Shown here piece after piece: positions 26,001 to 32,536 of a stretch of DNA of 45,070 nucleotides. The DNA is taken from contig DUJH01000016.1 in NCBI GenBank assembly GCA_013329905.1, forward strand, positions 22,192 to 67,261, given 5' to 3'. Numbering within the stretch: the first letter of the stretch is position 1; every line of letters starts with the position of its first letter. This DNA comes from Candidatus Thalassarchaeaceae archaeon. GTDB taxonomy: Archaea > Thermoplasmatota > Poseidoniia > Poseidoniales > Thalassarchaeaceae. Below the pieces are notes generated by a model. That model made no database searches, was not told the origin of the DNA, and saw only the letters and a list, made by a program, of their open reading frames with translations. The position numbers and the translations under genes are program-made.

Positions 26001-29000
26001 GGGCACTTGACCTACCGACTAGAAAGGTCACGGGATTCTCGGGAGGAACATGGGTAGACAATGGCTTCGAAGTCTATGGTTATGACTTCTCATGGTGGGT
26101 TGAAGTCCATCTCCAAACCAATGCTAATCAAGGCGAACTCGACCTCGGATGGATTCCATTCGAAGCTTGTCCTGAGATGTCTGTTGTCGAGGTCGTCAAC
26201 GAGACTTGGTCACCAGACTCCTATGAGAGAGATTATTCCTCAGGAAACATAACTCTGAATGGTACTCTTCAATTCTCGAGCAATGCTAGCGTTATCGAAG
26301 GAATAACACTCGATCTCTACCTTGTCCCTTCGAATGACACATCTAATGTTCCCGGCGGAGCCGCGACTGCGAATCACCTAATCGGCACCGTGACGACGAA
26401 TGCAAGTGGCTTCTTCTCATTCGATGGGGCCCCCTCAGAGATGATTCAACCTGGATATGGATCTCTAGTCATTCTAACTCATACACTGGGTTACGTAGGC
26501 ATACAGGGTATCTCATTCCCGTGGATGATTAACATCACCGATGATGTCAATCTCTCAATTACTAGTCCCACACCAACATCTGAACCGATGCTCGGCGCCG
26601 GAGTGAATACCACCGTTACCGGTTTGCTCGAATGGTTCAATGCACCACAGACCGATCCTGCTCTCCTCGATACCCTCCAAGTCCTCCTCAACTACACGAC
26701 GGTCGAGGATGGTCCTGTGAATCTAATCGCTGATGTCGGTTCAGGTGGCTATTACGAATTCAATGTTCCAATTTCTGAGAGCGAACCGCTCGGATTTATC
26801 AATGCGAGTCTCGCATTCCTTGGATGGCATCAAGAGGACAAAAACAATCTCACAAATCCTGAGTATCATCTACGTCCAACAACAACTTCCTTCAATTTCA
26901 ACATCACACCATCTCCTAATCTCACCGTTACTCTCGAGGGTATTGATTCCAATATCAGCATCCTCGACATCAACGAACTCGTCTTCATCAATGGAACTGC
27001 AGTCAGTCGGGGACCTATTCCTGAGTCACTCAATGGCACACTAACCTTCCAAGTTCGCAGGACAGGGACCAATGGACCCTACACTACTCTAACGACTTGG
27101 TCTCTGAATGAGAGTAATTGGACTTCGATACCAGGTCAATTCGCGTTGTCATGGGAATTCAACGAATCTTCAGTTCCAATACCATCCGGAGAGATTGAAG
27201 TAAAATTCACCTATGCCGCAGATGGTCTATTCGCCGCCGATGAGGAGAATTTCCCTGCGACTTATGGAATCCGATCTTACGTCCAATTCGATTACATCCT
27301 GAATCCAACCACTCGTGGAAATCAAGCCGCAATCGATGTGCAATTATCCGATCACACTGGCTCTTCTGTAGCTGATTTCCCTGGTTCGTATGCGGTTGAT
27401 TTCAATGGCACGCAGGTGTGGAACGCGACGGATCCTTCCTCGGGCAGATACACAGTGGTTTGGATGCCACAATGGAATATGTTTGCCGGAGATTACACCT
27501 GGGAGATGAATTTCACAGGCTCGACTTGGCTCCGACCCGCAACAGTGCAAGATCAGATTCGTATTCAAGGACGGGCAAATGTCACTGTCACCCTCGGCTC
27601 AGATTGGACACCGAGAGGAACTACAAACTGGGTCTCTGGTGTTGCTCAAGATGTTGTCCATCTAACTCCTATAACCGGTAATAACTCATCTATTGTGATT
27701 CAACTTGAGCAACCATCAGATTTGCCACCCGGCCCCGATGGAAACCCTGCTCCTCCAATTATCATCCGATTGGCTGATGGATGGATCAATCAGACTACGG
27801 GTGAATACAATTACACATTCACCGTACCCGCAGATCTTCCGTCGTCCATTTACATGTTGCGATTCGTTCTCAACTTCGCGACCGGAGCAACATCTCCAGG
27901 TCCATACTTTACTGTGACTGACTCTGTTCGCGTCCCACTTGGAGTACAGAGCGAGTTCGTAGTTGAGGCAGAACCCTCCTCGATTATCGTCGTCGCCGGA
28001 ACAACACTGATTCTCAACGCCACCGTGACCGACAAGGCGGACGGATCCTTAGTTCCGGATGCCAATGTCGACCTTTGGTTCGACTGGGGTGGCGCGAATC
28101 AGACAGTAATCGACAGCACGGTGACCGATGTCGATGGAGTTGCCAGATTTAATCCGACTCTGCTCGCTAATACCGCCCCTGGATTCTACGATTTGAGGGT
28201 TCATGCCCCCGATGACCTGACTGACAATCTGACCGTCGAAAATGCAGGTCGTTGGATCGGAAATGAGACCTTCGTCAATCTCACCGTTCAAGTCGACAGC
28301 TCGGTTGCAATCGATTCGATTCCGGCAGAGGTTACGGCTGGACAAGCATTCACAATCTCCGGGCACGTTCTCGATGGATTCGACAATAATCGATCAGTCG
28401 AGGGGCCTATGGCAATCGAGGTATTCTTCCTCAACGATACCAGCGAGACGCTTGTTGCAAGTCACACGACGTCCAATAACGGTTCATTCACCGTCTCCGT
28501 ACCAACCGACCCACGTGGTGATGGAATTTCCAGCGGCACTAAGACGGTGGTTGTCAGTGTGCTCAACGGTACTACTCCGTTCTACCTGACGGGCACCGGT
28601 GACGCCTCGATTCTCGTGCGTGGTGTGACGCGCTTCATGGATAGAACGCCGATTATCCAAACCATCGTCGATAGGGGTTCTTCTGTGAACTTCGCGGCAC
28701 GTCTCACCGAGTATTCGGATAACGACCAACGATTGGGTGGAATGACCGTCGCAGCTAAATTCCATGACACGTGGATAGGGGAGGTCGTTACTGGTGGAGA
28801 TGGAATGTCAAATTTCTCCTTTGACGTGCCTCATGACCATCCATTGGGTCAAATCGGAATTACCCTGATGTTCAACGGTTCGTCGACATTGCATTCGACG
28901 ACCACCGTGATGAATCAGATCATCGTGCGTTCACCGACCGTCCTCAACGTCTCTGAGGTGATTGATAATCCGGTGGCGGGGGAGTCGTTCAATGTGAGCG

Positions 29001-31993
29001 GAACTCTGCAGTCGAGCAACGGCACAGGCATCATGGACAGATCAGGTTCCTCAATCGTAGCCTTCCTGACTTTCGAGATAGATGGCTCCGACTCTGGCTT
29101 CCAAGTCGTTGGCGGAGCAGTAAATCCAAATGGAACTTGGGACGCAATTGTGACTCTTGGTCTCTCATTCCCACGAGGAACTCACAACCTGACTGCGAGT
29201 TATACTCCATCGGTCAACTACTACGGTTCCAGTAGTGGAACAGGCTTGTTCGACAGCCGTGGTTATTCGCTTATTACAATCGTTGATCCCGCCGATCTAG
29301 ACCCCGACCGTCGAGTCATTCGCGGTGACGACGTTAGCGTCAACATCTCGCTAATCGATAACGCTGGCCAACTCGTCGGTAACGTGGATATCGATATTCT
29401 CGTTGATGGCATCCACCTGCAAACGATACCGACCGATGTTGATGGCCGTGCGACACTAACGATACCTGTCGATTCACTCAGAATTCAAGGACCGATGCTG
29501 ATTACGGCTGAATTCGCAGGTATCAACGGTACGACCGGACTCCAAGGAGATTTGACTTGGACTCGCGTCATAGTTCTGGCACCAACCGTGCTGGAGTTCA
29601 CAGAGATGTCCGGTTCGATGATTGCTGGAGAGAGCATCACATTCACCGGAACTCTGCTCGATGAGCACGGTCAAACTCTCACCGACAGCGGCCTAGTTGC
29701 TGGAGGCATCATCCACATCTGGATAGACGGTGTCGATGTTGGTTCGACATACACAACACGTTCGAACGCATCAGATGGGATGTGGTCGGTCACCTACAAT
29801 CTCCCACTGGATTCTAACTACGGCGCTCACACCGTGACCGCGAAATTCCTTGGAGGCTTCACTTGGGTAGACCCGATGGGTCAAGGTGATTCGCTAAATC
29901 CTGAGTATTACCTCCCGTCAAGCACAACTCAGGTATTCAACGTCACTCAGACTTCGCAGGTAGTCCTGACCACGCCACCAGGGGAGGTGGATCGGAATGA
30001 ACTACTTTTGATAGAGGGAATGCTTACCGATGGAGCTGGACGAACTTTGGGCGATAGGTATCTTGAGGTGACGATGAACAACCAATTCCTCACTGGATTA
30101 CAGGTTACAGAGAATGGCACTTTCAGCATCTACGTCCCTATACCTCCTGATATGGAACTCGGGCCTCGTCTGGTCAAGATCACATACGCTGGAGAAGAGT
30201 TCATCCTCGCATCGAATTCGACGACCGTATTCACCATCTTTGGTCCGGCAATAGTCGCCTTGGAGCCTCCAGTAGCCCATGCAGTCGGCGATGAATTGAG
30301 GCTGCGAGGAACTGTTCGAGACAACCTTCCTCAAGGTTGGCTCGCGAACCATTCAATCGAGATATTCATCGATGGAACTTTGATCGGAATAACAACCACC
30401 GATGAGAACGGTGATTGGGCTTACAATTGGGTAATCTCTGACTTCCTCGACGTTGGAATCCACACAATCACCGTCTCTGCACCTGCACAAGGTTACCACC
30501 GTCCGGGAAGCGTCGACGGGAATCTGACCATTGCTTACCATACGGGAATGAATCTTCAGGTTGACGATGTCTCTGTGACGCGCGGTGAGAAATGGAATTT
30601 CAGCGGGCGACTATTCGATTCTGATACGTCCGGAGCCCCCGGTTTGGTAGGGCGAGAGATTGTGATCACACTCGATGGGGAAGAGATTCACAGGATGACT
30701 ACCGGTCCCGATGGTAATTTCATGTTCGACCACTCGATTGGATATCTAATCGCTCGCGGTGGTCATGACATTCGATTCACCTTCGAAGGACAGACGTTCT
30801 ATCTTCCTGTAGAGTACAACATGACTGTATATGCGCGAGCGGATGTGGTCATCGAGGTGCTTTGGCAAACCGATATCATCATCCGCTCAAATGACGCCTA
30901 TAATATCGAAGTTGTCGGGCGAATTGTCGAGGTCGGAGGCGAAGGCAATGTTATCGAAGAGATGGATATTGTTCTGGTCTGGAATGGTGCTGCTGAGAGT
31001 TCGACTGTGATGTGGGATGATTCGACTGGGCATTTCGACCTACGCTCACCTGCTCGGTCAACAATGCCGCCAGGAGAGCTATTACTGTCTCTTGCTGCGC
31101 TCGCCGATGCCGATCGATATCTTAACGCGGCTGAAATCGAACACATTGTGAATATCCGGGTTCCGGTGACATTCACCTTCAACCCTGATGCTCAACACAT
31201 CAAGGAAGAACAGCGCAGAATCAACGGAACCGTTGCCGTGACAGCCACCGACACAGGTCTTCCAGTGGAGGGAATCTCAATCGTGGCCCGACTGGTCAAC
31301 AGCAGTATGATCCACTTCCAGAACGTGAAGCTTACAGATGCGAATGGAATCATGGATTACGAATTCGTAATTAATGATCAACCATCATTCTACGAGACTT
31401 CTCGATGGGGTGAACTCTCACTCATATTCCAGACGGATTCACAATTGATCAGTCCGGCCGACCGATTTTGGTTAGCCAACGAACATAGTGGAATCCAGAT
31501 GACTTACGAAGACCCGGCTCCACTGTTAACTCCATGGCAAATCATCGCCTTGATTGGTGCTGCGCTCATACTCGGTACCGTGGCCGGACTGGCTCTCTCA
31601 TTGAGGAAGCGCCGGCAAGTTGCATTGGATGAGTTGGCAGGAATCTTCAGTTATACTGCGGAGCTCCTCGCAGCAGGCGATGAAATCCGCGAAGCCATCT
31701 TCAATTGCTATGAGAACCTCTGTAACATTCTGATGCGACACGGATTCCTGCGAAGGGATTTCGAGACAGTCAGGGAGTTCGAGATGGCTATTCGCAAGGC
31801 CTTACCGATTAGTGAGCAGGCTCTAGTCGCTCTCGATAGAATATTCGAGGAAGCAAGATACTCTTCTCACCGGCTAGGCGATGGCCACCGACAAAACGCC
31901 CAGCATGCTCTGTCCATGGTTCTGCAAGAGATCGATGATTTGCAGGAAGTCCCAGAGAGGGATTCCTACGATTTAGCTGAAGCCGCCGCGTGA
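23054..31993 (+). CDS. Giant (2,979 aa) membrane-anchored surface protein with Ca-binding TSP3-like repeats, a transglutaminase-fold domain, a long beta-sandwich repeat array, a TM helix and a cytoplasmic DUF4129-like tail
   Basis: A single uninterrupted ORF. It starts at GTG 23054 (alternative TTG 23063), ahead of the n-region/h-region RRKER-SALLFSLLMLLTSYSAIEFA. Domain evidence is listed under the sub-features below. Confidence 0.85.
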   Translation: MCILYVDERGNYARIARRKERSALLFSLLMLLTSYSAIEFASWEAMGSTDTDGDGLPYGLEYYIGTQPQDWDSDNDGLPDGWEWQYGLDPLSATGINGSTGDPDGDSLTNLNEYQYGIPSNWDSASTPNELDNGVWWNGTVPVSNWDEESAMQLIQGLNSDGADEDPVGNLCFNNFDDDHDGLVDNWDGDFDGDADCATDDDDGDNLTDEDPNGWDTDGDGMPDGWEVANNLDPTSNSGDDGTNGDPDDDGLINLYEYVNPAWSTRNGSVQPPRQYWRPGPDNRTSTESPCNPVQNIGPGGCQLFTAEVDGVTYTDPNNNDTDGDGLNDSYEALVLLTDPTHIDTDGDGISDGVEVNGSYGNPPQASDPRNNNTDGDQFDDGEEDTNFNGVVDLNETDPTRIEDAGDLDGDGIQNWEENATCTQWNNSDTDGGGVDDGIELTPAHGTDPCKSTYELYLDIIVWDPSDNSLTVNNTTKLDPTPIDWRQNGEPMAWFESPNGSRMPFSYSSILGNTIKGVDNDMPSGALFIVVLNGSWCWDPALGTANEAHCDDDYKDSDGDGLADWEEALGSWGFISFTNMTDSDGDSVSDLDEVINGTDPLEPCNNLADFDGDGLNNWFENSTGCPLMFGIGGGNLTQDNYTTLWNNTDTDNGGVTDFQEYFDGTNPQNNPDDDMNPLDTDGDGIPDTIEQEIGTDWRDPDTDGGGIPDGDECPPAFWDNDCADAQMNPWDPSDDIQANMMYFFAENTSIGIDYNITHYWRWHTYDAYTGVSWGVNTSLVGYTPIYPSWSTMQGVAHQDFWDDSALYGWELAYRNNGILYPGDELIAPHNAVNYTDWIDVGVGMNFSNYTRDVLIDSSIVTNLYVTATQVTMTDVIRDNTTGFQNSSYAKDLGKIESSENISRIAWEVVNETGWTSAWDQVTAIQQFLINGNNTTTFLRNHAGSNRSDSASTQLLTDTSLWILEEVREGDCDEYATIFAAMLRALDLPTRKVTGFSGGTWVDNGFEVYGYDFSWWVEVHLQTNANQGELDLGWIPFEACPEMSVVEVVNETWSPDSYERDYSSGNITLNGTLQFSSNASVIEGITLDLYLVPSNDTSNVPGGAATANHLIGTVTTNASGFFSFDGAPSEMIQPGYGSLVILTHTLGYVGIQGISFPWMINITDDVNLSITSPTPTSEPMLGAGVNTTVTGLLEWFNAPQTDPALLDTLQVLLNYTTVEDGPVNLIADVGSGGYYEFNVPISESEPLGFINASLAFLGWHQEDKNNLTNPEYHLRPTTTSFNFNITPSPNLTVTLEGIDSNISILDINELVFINGTAVSRGPIPESLNGTLTFQVRRTGTNGPYTTLTTWSLNESNWTSIPGQFALSWEFNESSVPIPSGEIEVKFTYAADGLFAADEENFPATYGIRSYVQFDYILNPTTRGNQAAIDVQLSDHTGSSVADFPGSYAVDFNGTQVWNATDPSSGRYTVVWMPQWNMFAGDYTWEMNFTGSTWLRPATVQDQIRIQGRANVTVTLGSDWTPRGTTNWVSGVAQDVVHLTPITGNNSSIVIQLEQPSDLPPGPDGNPAPPIIIRLADGWINQTTGEYNYTFTVPADLPSSIYMLRFVLNFATGATSPGPYFTVTDSVRVPLGVQSEFVVEAEPSSIIVVAGTTLILNATVTDKADGSLVPDANVDLWFDWGGANQTVIDSTVTDVDGVARFNPTLLANTAPGFYDLRVHAPDDLTDNLTVENAGRWIGNETFVNLTVQVDSSVAIDSIPAEVTAGQAFTISGHVLDGFDNNRSVEGPMAIEVFFLNDTSETLVASHTTSNNGSFTVSVPTDPRGDGISSGTKTVVVSVLNGTTPFYLTGTGDASILVRGVTRFMDRTPIIQTIVDRGSSVNFAARLTEYSDNDQRLGGMTVAAKFHDTWIGEVVTGGDGMSNFSFDVPHDHPLGQIGITLMFNGSSTLHSTTTVMNQIIVRSPTVLNVSEVIDNPVAGESFNVSGTLQSSNGTGIMDRSGSSIVAFLTFEIDGSDSGFQVVGGAVNPNGTWDAIVTLGLSFPRGTHNLTASYTPSVNYYGSSSGTGLFDSRGYSLITIVDPADLDPDRRVIRGDDVSVNISLIDNAGQLVGNVDIDILVDGIHLQTIPTDVDGRATLTIPVDSLRIQGPMLITAEFAGINGTTGLQGDLTWTRVIVLAPTVLEFTEMSGSMIAGESITFTGTLLDEHGQTLTDSGLVAGGIIHIWIDGVDVGSTYTTRSNASDGMWSVTYNLPLDSNYGAHTVTAKFLGGFTWVDPMGQGDSLNPEYYLPSSTTQVFNVTQTSQVVLTTPPGEVDRNELLLIEGMLTDGAGRTLGDRYLEVTMNNQFLTGLQVTENGTFSIYVPIPPDMELGPRLVKITYAGEEFILASNSTTVFTIFGPAIVALEPPVAHAVGDELRLRGTVRDNLPQGWLANHSIEIFIDGTLIGITTTDENGDWAYNWVISDFLDVGIHTITVSAPAQGYHRPGSVDGNLTIAYHTGMNLQVDDVSVTRGEKWNFSGRLFDSDTSGAPGLVGREIVITLDGEEIHRMTTGPDGNFMFDHSIGYLIARGGHDIRFTFEGQTFYLPVEYNMTVYARADVVIEVLWQTDIIIRSNDAYNIEVVGRIVEVGGEGNVIEEMDIVLVWNGAAESSTVMWDDSTGHFDLRSPARSTMPPGELLLSLAALADADRYLNAAEIEHIVNIRVPVTFTFNPDAQHIKEEQRRINGTVAVTATDTGLPVEGISIVARLVNSSMIHFQNVKLTDANGIMDYEFVINDQPSFYETSRWGELSLIFQTDSQLISPADRFWLANEHSGIQMTYEDPAPLLTPWQIIALIGAALILGTVAGLALSLRKRRQVALDELAGIFSYTAELLAAGDEIREAIFNCYENLCNILMRHGFLRRDFETVREFEMAIRKALPISEQALVALDRIFEEARYSSHRLGDGHRQNAQHALSMVLQEIDDLQEVPERDSYDLAEAAA
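23201..25260 (+). repeat. Array of at least 15 thrombospondin-type-3-like calcium-binding loops (protein-level repeat inside the giant ORF)
   Basis: Repeated Dx[DN]xDGxxDxxE motifs: DTDGDGLPYGLE, DSDNDGLPDGWE, DPDGDSLTNLNE, DTDGDGMPDGWE, DPDDDGLINLYE, DTDGDGLNDSYE, DTDGDGISDGVE, DLDGDGIQNWEE, DTDGGGVDDGIE, DSDGDGLADWEE, DSDGDSVSDLDE, DFDGDGLNNWFE, DTDNGGVTDFQE, DTDGDGIPDTIE, DTDGGGIPDGDE. Confidence 0.8.
25901..26173 (+). other. Transglutaminase/cysteine-protease-fold core inside the giant ORF (non-canonical triad positions)
   Basis: REGDCDEYATIFAAMLRALDLPTRKVTGFSGG...DFSWWVEVHL...GWIPFEACP. The Cys motif is intact (Cys971). The canonical His position reads Ser1013 and the canonical Asp position reads Glu1037. 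Confidence 0.6.
26240..31530 (+). repeat. About 1,750 aa of divergent beta-sandwich (Ig/carboxypeptidase-regulatory-like) repeats, very rich in N-x-S/T sequons
   Basis: Recurrent units of about 95-110 aa of the type ...I.G.V.D..G.P..G..V.......G....T.T...G.F....P... Examples are ILNATVTDKADGSLVPDANVDLWFD...TVTDVDGVARFNP and FTISGHVLDGFDNNRSVEGPMAIEVFF...TSNNGSFTVSVP. Repeat number is an estimate by eye. Confidence 0.55.
31625..31930 (+). other. DUF4129-like cytoplasmic tail following the C-terminal TM helix (TM about 31540-31605)
   Basis: After IIALIGAALILGTVAGLALSL-RKRR comes ...IREAIFNCYENLCNILMRHGFLRRDFETVREFEMAIRKALPISEQALVALDRIFEEARYSSHRL. The T-x-REF...L..L...FE.ARYS pattern is characteristic of DUF4129. 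Confidence 0.6.
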
Positions 31994-32023
31994 TGTTACG
32001 CGACCTGCCAAGCCAGAACGAGT

Positions 32024-32506
32024 TCAATCGAATTTTAAACGAAGGATTTCTCCATCCAACACTGCCGTATCGACGGCCAATGCGGGTGGCAGTGATAGGG
32101 TGTGAACCAAGCCACCAAATCGTTCTGGGGCGATAACGCGAACCAATCTTCGCCCATCGCCGATGCTCGTGCTCACCATCAAATCGGTAAGAGTCTCGGT
32201 CTCGAGAGTGATATCGAATCCGGCTCGGGCAGATGCGTCATCGAGTTCGTCAAACGAAATATTCGGAGTTTCAAACGAACGAGCCGCCGTCATCGAACTT
32301 TCGACGCTCCCAGATGCCATTTCTACGACATTTCCGTGATTCCGTCTTACTGAATCGAGGTGTGGTAAGTCGGCGAGGAAGAGTTGATGCATCGATTCAG
32401 CACTCACATCTAATCCATGTTCAGCACCCTCTGATGAGGACATCCTCAAGTTCTCGATTCCCTCGATATCGACTCTTTCCCACATCGCTCTCGTACCCTC
32501 CAACAA
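32024..32506 (-). CDS. Hypothetical acidic protein (160 aa)
   Basis: An ORF 30 nt downstream of the XPD-like gene on the same strand. The C-terminal part (GFDITLETETL...VHTLSLPPALAVDTAVLDGEILRLKF) only faintly resembles an Hsp20/alpha-crystallin-type beta-sandwich. No firm motif. Confidence 0.45.
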   Translation of the reverse strand: MLEGTRAMWERVDIEGIENLRMSSSEGAEHGLDVSAESMHQLFLADLPHLDSVRRNHGNVVEMASGSVESSMTAARSFETPNISFDELDDASARAGFDITLETETLTDLMVSTSIGDGRRLVRVIAPERFGGLVHTLSLPPALAVDTAVLDGEILRLKFD

Positions 32507-32536
32507 ACCATCTCGGATGAATCCATTGACTACTAA

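Noticed and set aside
19815-31993. Integrated mobile element or prophage at tRNA-Leu
   Set aside because: I see no integrase, recombinase, transposase, phage structural genes or duplicated tRNA 3' fragment. Only the weaker 'flexible surface island' idea is retained.
32024-32506. Hsp20/alpha-crystallin assignment for the 160-aa protein
   Set aside because: The resemblance is limited to a vague beta-strand pattern in the last 65 residues or so. No conserved ACD motifs (for example the A-x-x-x-n-G-v-L region) are clearly present, so it is left as hypothetical.
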